Shown: in pieces, positions 12,256 through 24,017 of the stretch | Layout: each line of letters starts with the position of its first letter | Numbering within the stretch: the first letter of the stretch is position 1 | Assembly (NCBI RefSeq): GCF_000143415.4 | Contig: NW_003314299.1 | Coordinates: forward strand, 1 to 64,000 | Length of the DNA: 64,000 nt | Reading direction: 5' to 3' | From: Selaginella moellendorffii | Taxonomy: Eukaryota > Plantae > Lycopodiophyta | Translations under genes and position numbers: made by a program | Notes under the pieces: generated by a model | Told to the model about the DNA's origin: nothing | Databases searched by the model: none | What the model saw: the letters and a program-made list of their open reading frames with translations, nothing else

Positions 12256-12626
12256 TTCACCGGGAGTAAATGTAGTAAAGGTCTTTACCTTTAGCAAATG
12301 CAGTCTTATAAATATAATTCCTAATTTGTACAAAAGCATTATAACCTTGAAGTCCATCAAATGCAACTTGTAATGGCTTGAGACTGCATAATATATTAGG
12401 TGCCATTGAAAAAGGTCCTAATGGCAAATGAACCCAGAATTTTTGCTGTTTTTAGAGGAGTAATAGTTTCATCTATGTTTTCTATTAAAGATACAAACTG
12501 TTTTCTAGATAATTTAGGATTATCTGAGTACAATGTCATAGGATGATCAGGAAATATATCTTCATCTGGTGGTGGTGGTAGTGCAAAAATGCATAAAGGT
12601 AAATTAAGAATTAGTAATATAATCAT
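12256..12626 (-). pseudogene. Frameshifted, truncated paralogue of the AT-rich secreted protein at 19661-20632
   Basis: MIILLILNL..PPPPDEDIFPDHPM, then after a frameshift FWVHLPLGPFSMAPNILCSLKPL..YNAFVQIRNYI, aligning to FWIHLPLGNNAMAPIICSINPL..LNAFYRIRNYI. No lectin domain. Confidence 0.75.
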
Positions 12627-12793
12627 TTCAAGCTATAAATTTACCATTTTGGTTAATTTAAAAGGTTAATAAAGTTTCATTGTGTAATTTGGTGTACATG
12701 TTATGAAAAACTCCGTTACAAATGGCAACAGAGGAGATGCCTGCGTCAAATCGTCTCACATAGAACAGACCCAAGAATCCTATTCCTATTTCT

Positions 12794-13855
12794 TCACGTT
12801 CGTACCAAGGACCGTGGCGATTCCAGCATCGTTGCCTTTGACAAGCTGGCGGCTTTGGAGAATCTAAAGTTCTTCACGCGCTGTGGCACCGCACTGCCTT
12901 TGCTATGATCCTCGCCACTTGGCTCGAAGGGATGCCCCTTTTTAAACTCGAGCCTCGACCGATGGAGGAGGTGGAGCTGCTGTGGACTCTTGGACGCCTC
13001 CTCCAGCTTCTTCAGCTTCTTCTGGTTCTCCGCCTCCTCCTTTGACACCTCCTTGACAAACGCAACCCGGAGCTTACGTTTTATCACCTTGAGCTTCTCC
13101 AAGAGCTCGGCGTCGTCAGGTAGCACCTTGATCGCCACCTGCGAGAGAATCCAAGCAAAAACCAGATGAATGTTAAAATGTTCTTTAACATTTTTTAAAG
13201 CAAAAAAAACTTCACTCGACTCTCTCACCGTTTATAAGTGTTCCCACACCAAGTATATCGAGGATAACCTGCAGATCTTTCAGAGCTCCTCGGAGATCGC
13301 CCAGGCCCTCAAATGCCAGTGCTCGCCGATAGAACGCCTTTGCATAGCCACAGTCCACTTTGATTGCTTCGGTGCAGTCGGACTTGGCAGCATTCCAATC
13401 CCTCATCTGAAACAGAAACATCAGTCAAAACCGGGAATGCCAACTTTAAAAACCAAACCTTAAGATGACACAGCGCCCTGTTAGCATACGTTGCAGCCAC
13501 GTCGGGATCAAGGCTGAGGCTCTTGTTGTAATACTTGATGGCTGCGCAGTAGTTCCCGCACTTAAACTGATCGTTCCCGCACAGCCGCTCTCTTTCCGCT
13601 GCCTCCTCGGCATCGTTCAGTCCAGCTACCGATGCACTCTCTCCCATTTGTAAAGCTAGATAGCCATGGTGCTACTAAGGTAGCTGCGATAGAAGAAAAT
13701 ATTTTTAAGCATTTCTTCTGCCTTGGAAATGCGACCATCTCATCCCTGGAGGGAAAGGAAACCAAAAAAAAAAAAAAGAACAAAAAAAAAACGATGTAAA
13801 GAATCACAACAAAAGACAAGCGTACCTCACTCTCCCAATTCGTGCATGACTACCT
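12794..13855 (-). CDS. TPR-repeat protein (carboxylate-clamp type, RPAP3/SPAG1/OM64-like); 5' end uncertain
   Basis: Exons give GNDQFKCGNYCAAIKYYNKSLSLDP..YANRALCHLK / DCTEAIKVD..YAKAFYRRALA / VAIKVLPDDAEL, i.e. three TPRs. Confidence 0.75.
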
Positions 13856-14070
13856 GCAAATGAAACAAACCCTAACGAGAAATGTTTATGGTTTTTACGG
13901 TTAGGCACAAACGCTATCAGAAGTGCAGTTAACAAAAAACAATTCTCAGACCATTAGTAGTATCCGTAAAGAATTCCTCTCCTCTAGTGTTGCACCTAGA
14001 ACAAAGAGAGCATTAGTTTGACAGAGCATATCTTCAAGTGCCTACCTGAAACCTTCCTTTCTTTTCACTG

Positions 14071-15339
14071 TCAAACAGCACAGGCAGCGTCCATGCGTTT
14101 CTCCCGAAGCTGACCAGCGGTTCTCGGCAGAGCCTCCGACGCTGAATGCCCCGAGACGATGTGATGATTCGCAGCAGCGCTCTTGGACAGCATCGCAGAC
14201 TGGTGCTGCGTCTCCCAGATCAAGCTCCTCAGAGCATCCAGAGCAGCATCGTATCCCCGGAGCGAGTGCCTCATGGTGTGGTTGAGTACCCTGCTCACCC
14301 AGATCTTAAACAGCAGCTCCTCCCAGTCCTCGTCACCTTTCTCGAAGTGAACCAAGAGCGTCCGGTACGCCGCCACCCACGCCTCCTCGTCGGCAAAGCC
14401 CCACGTCGGCCACTCGCTGGCATTCAGGAGCCCCTTGGCGAGCGCCGGATCGAAGTGCTTCTGGAGGAGATCCCGCTGCCCCTGCGTCCAGTTGCTCCGC
14501 AAGAGCTTGAGCGTCTTCTCCACGTCGTAGCCAACCTTTTGCTTCACAAGCTCGGGCACCGGCCGGGTGTACTCCATCCTGTGAGTCCCCTCGTTGAGCG
14601 GCACCGCCTCGTCCTTGAGCGACTGCATTGCCGAGAAGCACTCCACCAGCATGGTCCTTAGATCCCGAAGGCCCGAGTAGAGGGCGTGGACCTTGCCCTC
14701 CGGGATGTAGACCTCGGCCAAGTGGAGACCCTTCTGGACCATGATGAAAGTGTAGAGAGTGTCGATGCCCCAGTCACTCTGGCCGCGAACTCGGTGATCG
14801 GTGTAGAGCGCCTCGGCGGCCTTTCTCGTGAGTAGGAGCTCTCCGCCCAGTGGCTGCTCGATGAATGGCAGCACCGTCTTGGGCCAGAGGAGGCAAAAAC
14901 CGATCTTCGTTACAAACCAAGTGATCATAGCGTCGGTGCTGGATCTGGGGAAGTAGTGCCGGACCACGTCGAAGTCTAGATCCGCCTGCCGCTCGGCCTT
15001 GGTGATCCAGTCCGCGGAGAAGGAGACGATGTCGGAGTCGTAGAAATGGATGCGCTTGAGCTCTGTGTGGTCGAGAAAGTAGGCCAGCGCCGTGTTCATT
15101 CCATCGCCTTTGCCGGATCGCAGCGACACCCCGATGCGCTTCTGCTGGAGGAGGATGATGCGCTTGCCGGTGGAGCTCTCGATGGACGGTCTCTTGGCCT
15201 CGATGGCGCACCACGTCTCGCCTTTGCTGTAGCCGACGCACAGCACGGTGGAGACTCGCGGGTGAGCAGCGGCGCACTCTACGTTGCGGACGACCACGGC
15301 AACGTCCTCCTCCTTGAATGGAAAGCACACCAGCGACAT
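14071..15339 (-). CDS. mgs: Mannosylglycerate synthase (GT78), intronless
   Basis: MSLVCFPFKEED, RSGKGDGMNTAL, HFYDSDI, HYFPRSSTDAMITW, IEQPLGGELL, DWGIDT match Rhodothermus-type MgS motifs. Confidence 0.9.
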   Translation of the reverse strand: MSLVCFPFKEEDVAVVVRNVECAAAHPRVSTVLCVGYSKGETWCAIEAKRPSIESSTGKRIILLQQKRIGVSLRSGKGDGMNTALAYFLDHTELKRIHFYDSDIVSFSADWITKAERQADLDFDVVRHYFPRSSTDAMITWFVTKIGFCLLWPKTVLPFIEQPLGGELLLTRKAAEALYTDHRVRGQSDWGIDTLYTFIMVQKGLHLAEVYIPEGKVHALYSGLRDLRTMLVECFSAMQSLKDEAVPLNEGTHRMEYTRPVPELVKQKVGYDVEKTLKLLRSNWTQGQRDLLQKHFDPALAKGLLNASEWPTWGFADEEAWVAAYRTLLVHFEKGDEDWEELLFKIWVSRVLNHTMRHSLRGYDAALDALRSLIWETQHQSAMLSKSAAANHHIVSGHSASEALPRTAGQLREKRMDAACAV

Positions 15340-15887
15340 ACTCCCAAGAATCGTCCAAAGAGAAGCCGGGGCAAGAATCTCGCGCGGACTACCCCCAGAA
15401 ATCTAGACAGAAGATCAAACATTTCGCGATTGGAATGTCGAATGATCGATATTACCTGTGAGCGGTGCAAGATTTCGAGCTAAAGATCCTCGAAGAACAG
15501 GAACTCGTCGCGATTCTTCCAAACCTGCCCGGCGCGCACGAGAATCTGGCAATACCGAGCAAGAACGCGATTAGGAGGGGAAGAATCATCCATCGATCGA
15601 TATTACCGCGCGTGACCACGAGAAACGCTTTTGCGGAGCGAGGAAGACGAGAAAACCCTAGCTAAATATTCCACTCCAAGTGAATTTTAAATGCATTGAT
15701 TGATTAGAATATTCACCTCCCACAAGCTTGGAGGACGTCCATGTCGTGTCCCACATTGGCAGAGAGATGGAAAAGAAATCGATTCATTATACAATGTGGA
15801 CAACAACGCTTACACAATGGGTCCTCACACATTTATAGTGGACCTTTATATGACGACTGCTGTCGATCTCCACAATTTTATAGTGTT

Positions 15888-18800
15888 TTATATCCTTGGA
15901 CACGACTGGCGTAAACATTGGAGCCTTTCTATGTGACTTTGGAGGAGTTGGACTTGAGATTGCTCGAATTCTTCAAGCTCGTGGAGATGGTTCCTGGGAA
16001 GAACACATAAAAGGAGCAAGGTTTTAAGAAAACCGGAAAGATTGACCTTTTACCTCAATCGATCGTTGTCTGCAACTTTGAGCCTCAGTTCTTCCTGAGC
16101 CTGTTGAGAGAAACATTGTAAGGTGATCGGAGTTTTCTAGCTCATACCTTTCTGAGTGACGAATGGAGTGTTGCTATGTGACTTGCGGCTTCGTCGGCGT
16201 TCTCCTTCATCTTTGTGACTTCCAAAGCATTCTACGCGAAGGCGATTTACTTAGCACAAATTGTGAGCTTTACAAGTTTTACCCTCTCCATCAACGTCCG
16301 AGCAGACGCAAGCTCGTTTCGCAGAAGCTGCAAAGTGGACTCGGTTCCATCTTTTGCCGCTTTCACCTGTCGAATATAGAATCAACACCGCAATCTAGCT
16401 TAGAATTTTCAAAGACGTGACCTGTTGTAGTTCAGCCGAAAGAGCCCCGTTTGATCGGTTCAGCTCTTCCTTCTCTCTGTGGTGTCGATCTAGCTTCTCA
16501 TTTGCCTTCAGTCGCCAAGCTCTAGTATCAAGAAAAGAAAATATTGATAGCACAAATTTACCTGATCTAGTTGTTTTGTTAGTAGAGTTACATGTTCTTG
16601 CATAGCCCTGCACGATTCCTGTCGCATGAGAAAGGAGTCCATGAGTTCATCTATGCAGCCAAAGCCATCACGTAAACCTTCGATATCCCTAGCTCCGTGA
16701 AAATTCTATCAGCTGTTCCTTTTCTTTCAGCAACTTCCTACAAGCAGAAATAATGAGGCCTACAGGATAAAGCCAAAAATTCTTGCCTGTAATAAGAAAC
16801 TGCGTTCCGTATCATAGTTTGACTTCATTTGTTGTAGAGCTTGCATTTGCTTCTGAAGCTCCATTTCCAGCTTTTGTACCTGAAGCATATGTCATGTAAA
16901 ATCTCAAGTACCAGCAAAGAAGCTGTGTGCCTACACAGGATTTGTATTCGTCGCGCTCTAAAACTGCATCCTCGTGCAACTCTTTGATTCGCTCTAGTGA
17001 ACTGCAAGCACGAAGTCAGTAACGTGCATTCCAAAACTGATATCGACTGCAAACCTTTCCCGCTCATCCAATTTCTTTTCCACAGATTTGAGTTGATAGT
17101 GAAGATCCTGCTTCTCTCTTTCCTTCGAGTCCAATTTCAAGGCGCTTGCCTGACAAGATGCTCGAAGGAGATGATTGTGAAGTTGAAAGAAACAGCTAAC
17201 CTGCAATTCTTCTCTGAGTTGTGTCGACAAAACTTCTGTTCTCTGGCTTGCTATTACCCGCTCCTCAAGTTCCCTTTGCAACAAGCTTGCTTTGGTACTC
17301 TCAGTGTCAACCTGAAAGCTAAATCAAGATCGATGTTATACAACACATCGAAAGTAATATCTGTTACCTGATCTTGAAGCGCGTCAACTCTTCGTTGCAA
17401 ACGTTCTTTTTCAGCCTGAACAGTTTCTAATTCTGTCGAGGCTTTTGTCATTCCAGCCTGCGCTGCAGCTACTTGACCCTCCAAAACAAGACGCTTGTTA
17501 CGCATATTTTGTACTTCTCTTGCGAGATCTTCTTGAGGAAATCCCGGAGGTGACTGCCACAAAATGGTTAAGGATATATGAGCAACTGTTTCAATGCTAC
17601 CTTTCTTTTCGTGCTGCTACACGGCTTCATCGATGTCTCCCCTAACAGCACAGTTCTTTCTGCTGTATCTTCTGGCGTCCAATGGTATGGGTCGTCGGCT
17701 TCAATGCCTACACCAGTATGGCTTGCAGAAAGAGCTAGACACCAGTTTTTACGCAAATAAGTTTTAAAGGTGATCATGGCGAGGCACATACCTTCTTTCC
17801 TGGTGCTGAACCATCCCTCATTGTCTTCCCCACCCTCCAGAGGAAGTGAGACAAAAGAAACTTTTCGAGATGTTGCCTTTGACTTAGTTTGCCTTCCTGC
17901 ATTTCGAGCGCGTTAGCAAAGGAAAGAAGACTCCAAAGCCGAACCTTTTTGTGGAAGACGTCGCACCACGTACATATCAGAGAATGTACCACCTGAAGAA
18001 ACAAACTTGCAAGGTTTACAGAAGAAATTGTTAAAGCTTACCTTTACCACCATAGCCACCAAGCATGTAGAGAGAATCATTGCAGACAACAAGGCAATGT
18101 GCCGCACGGCCTTCTGGCCCATCCGCTGCATCAGCTATCTTCAAAGTTCTCGACTTACTGTCCACCACTTTAGAATCGTAATTTTGCCACTTGTAAGAAG
18201 CGCCGCTGGCAGCAATCTACAAGACTTTCTGCCAAGTTCAGCAACAAGAACTGTATTTCTCGATTACCTCGAGCGAATAAATATCGTTCAAACGTGACTT
18301 TCCATAGCGACCACCATGGACAAATATGCTCGTTTCATGCGCCAGTACCGCAGCGTGATTTGAGCGAGGACAAGGACCTTCGCCAGACGGTTTTATGGTA
18401 AACCATTTGTTCTCAAAGCCATCGTACACACTGAAAGCGTGAAAATTGTAGAAGAAATCAAAGCACAACAAACGCACCCGATCACCTCAAATCGTCCTCT
18501 TCAACTATACCAGAGTTGTTCTTCCCTCCAAAGAGTAAAACGTTGTGTCCAAACGTGGTAAAACTATGATAACCCCTCGAGCAAGGACAATTTCCTCCCG
18601 GTTGTAGCACCTCCCACTGCAAAGAATCTAAAAGCGCTACTTAAGTATGTAGGCAGAGCTTGCATTCAACAGAGTTACCTGTGTTTAGCACCGAGAGATC
18701 GCCAAGCCAGTTAAAAGTCCCAGGCTTGAATCCACCATAGCCACCAAAGACGAGAATACACTTCGGATTTAGAGGGTGAATCACAGCTGCGTGAGTACCT

Positions 18801-19251
18801 CTTGGAGTTCCTTGTGATTTTAAAACTGGAGTAGACCACTGGAGGAAAAATGATACAAAAGAAATGAAGGAAAGAAGAGAAGGTACCTAATTTACCTCGA
18901 GAGTTTCCGTGTTAAGAGCGTGAACATCATCGTGGATCGTCTTGGCATCACTTCCACCGATGATCCAAAGCGTGTTCTTCCCCACCACTGTCGCGGAGTG
19001 ATAAGCCCGGGCAGCAAAAGGAGCGTGCTCTTGGAGCTGCCTCCATTTCTCGCGCTGTAGGTCGAATTCCCACAAATCATTCATGAATTGGTCTCCGCAT
19101 CGTCCACCGAAGACCAAAATCCTGCTGCCGCCAACGAGCGTGGCAGTGTGGCCTGCGCGAGCTCTCTGCGCTGCAAGGAAAAGAGAAATAAGCGATCAAA
19201 TCAAGCTGTGGTCTCACCCGGCAGCCTCTCCCATTTGAGTATCCGCGTCAT
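15888..19251 (-). CDS. Kelch-repeat protein with long C-terminal coiled coil (multi-exon)
   Basis: RAGHTATLV..LVFGG, RAYHSATVV..IIGG, RSNHAAVL..FVHGG repeats followed by coiled-coil exons; ATG at 19251. Confidence 0.75.
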
Positions 19252-19660
19252 TCATCCGCGCCCTAGTTTTGAGCTTGGTGGACAAGAAAAAGAGGAAGTG
19301 GCGTGGGACTGACCTATGGAGCTACTTCATCGTCCCCAGTGCTCGACAAAATGAAGAAGGTTCTAGCTCATAGAAAAGCTTTTATGTGTTTGCACAATGT
19401 ATGAAGTAGAGTCTGCGAAGTTGGAAAGTGCGATTTTTGTTCACGAACAAAGGTTGTTTATTACGGAAGCTTGAGTACTCAAAGCTGCAGAGGCTGATGG
19501 AGTGGAATTCAAGGGAAAAAAGTTGGCTATCAACTGGACAATGGAAGAAAATCAATAATTTTGTAGCAATTTCTCATCAAACGTGAATTTGAAAAAGTTT
19601 GATTTATTTTACTTATCCTAATTAACCAAAATTCTTTAGAATTAACATATAGGAACATTG

Positions 19661-20632
19661 TTAAGAAATTGACCATAGTATTTCACCTTTCTCTGTATCA
19701 TAGATATAGATATGACCATCGTCTGAAACTTCTAATCCTGTTTGATATTTCGAATATCGTGATACTAGTTCCCATATAATAACTCTATTATTAACAATAG
19801 TTAAATGACCAGTCCGGTCTAAATGTGCGAAACAATCACTTGATATCAGAGAATCAAGCTCTTTATTTGATGTCAATAAGTTAAAACCTTCACTTTTCCA
19901 AATATTACGTCTATTTTTAATTTGATAAAAAACTAATTGACAGTTTTTCATTGTCAATCTATAATTTTTATAAGGTGACACTAAGCTATTTCCATTTAAT
20001 ATGATCGATGTAACTTTTTCCATATCACCACCAATAAGTGATGATCTATAAATAATACAATTACCATCATAATTATACACATGCTGAGTAATCTTGGGTG
20101 TTATAAAATTATTATAATTATTATAAGCTAGATTTGAACCATAAGCATCATATTGCAAACCGTAATTCTTAAAATTAGCTTCATATCCTCCATAATACTT
20201 CTGTTCTTTACTTTTACCACTAGTCTTTGCAGATTTTGAGATGTAATTGCGAATTCTATAAAATGCATTAAGAGCTTCTATTGGACCATATCCAAATTTT
20301 AAGGGATTTATACTACATATAATAGGAGCCATTGCATTATTACCCAATGGCAAATGGATCCAAAATACTACCCTAGCATACATATGTTCATTAAGATTAA
20401 ATGTTATAGTGGAACTCCTGGTCCAAACAGTTTTTACTTTTAGTAAAGAGTCTATATATTCATCCATGTTATGTAATATCGATTTAAAATGTTCTTTAGA
20501 TAATAAGTTGCGATTACTTGAGTGGATCATCATAGGCTGATCAGGAAAAACTATAGGTTCTGGTTCTGGTGGTGGTGGAGCTGGTGATACAAAAATGGAT
20601 AAAGATAAAGTATGAATTAGTAATATAATCAT
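19661..20632 (-). CDS. Secreted, intronless, AT-rich protein: unrecognised N-terminal domain plus C-terminal bulb-type (B/G-type) lectin domain
   Basis: 323-aa ORF; signal peptide plus poly-Pro; C-terminal GNSLVSP..YRLTM..CQLVFY..IWKS..CFAHLDRTGHL..LEVSDDGHIYIYD..ILWS pattern. Confidence 0.75.
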   Translation of the reverse strand: MIILLIHTLSLSIFVSPAPPPPEPEPIVFPDQPMMIHSSNRNLLSKEHFKSILHNMDEYIDSLLKVKTVWTRSSTITFNLNEHMYARVVFWIHLPLGNNAMAPIICSINPLKFGYGPIEALNAFYRIRNYISKSAKTSGKSKEQKYYGGYEANFKNYGLQYDAYGSNLAYNNYNNFITPKITQHVYNYDGNCIIYRSSLIGGDMEKVTSIILNGNSLVSPYKNYRLTMKNCQLVFYQIKNRRNIWKSEGFNLLTSNKELDSLISSDCFAHLDRTGHLTIVNNRVIIWELVSRYSKYQTGLEVSDDGHIYIYDTEKGEILWSIS

Positions 20633-20809
20633 TTCTTTATTACTTAATTGTTACATTATTACATTTGTGCAACATATAAATAATCTATCAGTTTATTATT
20701 TTAAGCCAAATGGCCACTTCTACAATCTTCTTTCTCCAAGGTTTCCCCGTGGCATACTTTCGATTAATATACTAGGTTTGTACAGTCTCACTTTTAAGTT
20801 AAATCCAAT

Positions 20810-21790
20810 CGAGCGCGTTCGACATGAGAGCCACCGCCATCTGGATTCTGAAGATCGTGAAAGTGTGGTTACATCGGCAACGCCCATCCGGTGTTTGGCT
20901 CGATGCGCAAGAGGAATGGACGGCGATCATCGCGGCATTTGCCTCGCGCGGGCGATCTCGTGAGGCACTGGCTAGCTTGATGGGGTGGCGCCAAACAAGG
21001 TGACTTTCGTGACTGTTCTGTGAGGTGCGATCCAGTCGTGGGGACTGCTCTTCTGTGCTCGTATGGAAGATGGCAGTGCTTTGGCGATGCAAGGAGGGTG
21101 TTTTCCAGAGTTTCTCTGTGCTTGCACGCAGAGATCCGAGAGGGATGTCCCTCCAATTTACGAGAATGCTGCTCCACAGCATTCGACCGGACTGTATGAC
21201 GTTCTCTACGGTCGTGAGCTTGTGCGAGCAGTAGAGATCTCGTCCGAGGTAAGCTTTTTCATGGCTTCGTATTGGAGAATGGTAACGAGTCTAATCATTT
21301 CGTTGGAAACGCTGTTGTGGAGATATATAAGATATAAGAAGTGTGGAAGCATCGAGGGAGATATTCTTTCGAGATGTTATCCCGTGTGTGGAGCAGTGCT
21401 GCCATGAAGAAGCTCTCCAGCTCTTCTGACAGATGCAAACAGAGAAGAGAGTTTTCCCGGACAAGATCACCTTCTCGAGGGTTCTCAACGCCTGTGTTGT
21501 GCTGATGGATTTAAGTCAAGGCCAAAAAGTTCACCAGTGCTTGGGCAAACTTGGCATGGATATGAACTGATAGTGCACTGTGCTGGTCAACATGCATGGG
21601 AGATGCAAAATTCTGGACAACAACAGGAAAACTCTCCACCAATGATATTGAGCAGGAAGATTGTGATGATCACAGCACTCTCGGAAGCTGAAAACTTTGG
21701 CGGGACTGCTTGATCTTGTTCTGGCTTGCTGGGCTACGCTGCTGCTGCTGTCAAACGCTGCAGTGACCAACACACTCATCAGTCCTAAGC
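20810..21790 (+). pseudogene. Heavily deleted, inverted copy of the PPR gene at 24018-26546
   Basis: Collinear DNA identity to the reverse complement of the PPR (e.g. TGGACGGCGATCATCGCGGCATTTGCCTCGCGCGGGCGATCTCG; CAGATGCAAAC.GAGAAGAGAGTTTTCCCGGACAAGATCACCTTCTCG) with many deletions and frameshifts. Confidence 0.9.
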
Positions 21791-22351
21791 ATCAACACAA
21801 CAAGCAAAATGGTGTGGTTTTTCGATTTCATATGGTTGTGGCAAATTTTGGTATGGTTTTTCTTACATATTTTTCAGCATTACATATAGAAATATGTATG
21901 TTTTTTTTACTCTAGCGCATTGATACATTCTTTCATATGGTTTGTTCACATAAATTTTGTAGTGGTAGTGCATATATTTCGAATATTCTAATGGTTGTTA
22001 TCCATTTAAATTAATCTTGTAATTATAACATGTTTATAATTTATAGACTTTACTAAAAACTTCCTGGTATATTCTAGTTTATTCTACCATCTAATGGTTG
22101 ATATGCAGTAAGATTATTCTTGTGCTTATAAATTATAAACATTCAATTGATCAATTGGAATATGATTAAGCAAACCAAGTGTTGGTGCATAACATGTGCA
22201 GAAAATTATTTATAGGTAATGTATAGTTTTTAATATAGATTATAGTTCATCCACATTGTTCTATGAGGTTATCCAAATAGTTTTTTTAAAGTTCTTACAC
22301 TACCATAAGTTTCAAGAATAAAGGGTTAAATATAATATCAGATGTAAACCT

Positions 22352-22379
22352 TAATAATAATAATAATAATAATAATAAT
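22352..22379. repeat. (AAT)n microsatellite, ~9 units
   Basis: Directly visible in the sequence. Confidence 0.9.
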
Positions 22380-22699
22380 TGATTAAAAGGCCAACACTTA
22401 GACAATTAGCTTTAAGACATGAGAACTCCATGTTCTGGAAGCTCTAGTTCCTAGAGGCTAGAATCACTATGGTGCTGTGGCCGCTGGCTGGGTGTGGTTG
22501 CTAGCCACTGACCACTGGCTGTCCACCAGCTGCTTGCTGTAGCCATGGCATTAGTGGTGTTGGCAAGATTGCTATAACTGACGGGTTATAGTTTGAGACA
22601 TATGGTGCTTCATTTTAATATCACTTAGTTTGAGACATATGGCACTCCCTTTTAAAATCACTTCTGAAGTATAGTATCCTCACAAGATGGAGGCAGTTA

Positions 22700-23450
22700 G
22701 ATCTTGAAAAGAAATGGGTTGTTGAATAAATCCATTATGTAAAGTTACATTAATTCTTGGAAAACACTATTATTTGGCCCAGTTAGTGCCATAATTTTCC
22801 AAGATTGCTTCTACTTTGCATAATTTTCTTTGACAGGATGTGAAGTTTGTCATAAAAATGCTAAAAAACATTTGAGTAGCTTAAGAAACTTTTAACTTCT
22901 GCATGACCTTTCTCGTGGATTTATCCTTTGCATGGATGCTTCATTACTTTAAGACTATAGATTCATAATGATATATGGCTGATATAAATGCTTTATCTCA
23001 TGCACTATTTATGGTTATTCTTGTGGATGGGTTGCCTCCTCTACTTCCAAAAAAATGTATGATCAAGTGATGTCTGCAGTTATAGAATGTTTTAGATGGC
23101 AATAAACCTCATGCTGATCGTAACTTTTTGGTGATACCAAAAAGTTCAAAATGGCTAAGGACATGGTGTTGAGTATCAATTAGTAGTACCAATGTATTAT
23201 ATTAACTTGTGGTTACTTTTATTCCATGATAGCTCTATATTTGAGTATCACAAAGTTTTGGAAAACATGTAGTATTAACTATATTGGCCTCAAATACGTC
23301 AAGAGTATCTCTATGGTGCCACCTCCTAGATCATTAGAACCAATTCAAGTTTTTCAACCATTTGAATTAATTGCATATGATAATGTGTCAATAAAACATA
23401 AATGTACATTCCCTATGTCCCATATAGACTAAACAAATATAAAGCAAAAC
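22700..23450 (+). mobile_element. Very degenerate retroelement pol/integrase remnant in an AT-rich block
   Basis: Integrase-like phrase PPRSLEPIQVFQPFELIAYD (23226-23432) amid stop-rich sequence. Confidence 0.4.
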
Positions 23451-24017
23451 TTTTTTTAGCACAAAAGGCCTAGCACTAAGAATGCTTCTTCACTTGACCA
23501 GTTTTTTGTTTGACTAACTTATTCAAAACCACATTGTGATGAGTTTCGCTTACCTTGGGACATGACCCTCCTCCAATGCAAGCTGAAGCATGCTTTTGCT
23601 CATGAAAGCTCATAAAAATGCTTTAAACCACTTCAATATATACCCCATTCCACACAAACCCTTTACTTATGTGTTGACACTACCCAAGTCAACTGATATC
23701 TCTCAATTTCATGTATTATTTGGTGGGAGTTTATCTTGCCTCTTGCTTTGGGTTGATGCTGATCACTGCATAGTTTAATGTATAATCTTCAGAGTCTTTG
23801 GCAATGGCACAAGAGCACTAAAGGTAGTATCAAGATCAGCACACTCATTGTCTATAAGTGGTATTCATAATTAGACATTATTAGCTCTGTTTCTGTTTCC
23901 ATTGGCTGAAAACCAAAAATCTCGTTATTGACACAGTGCCATCTTCCTGATCGCAGGGCTGATGGACGCTCCAACTTTCACGAGATGATCTAAGTTCTCC
24001 CAAGTCCGTGATAACGA

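Noticed and set aside
14071-15339. Bacterial contamination or operon around mgs
   Set aside because: Flanked on both sides by spliceosomal-intron genes in continuous plant sequence.
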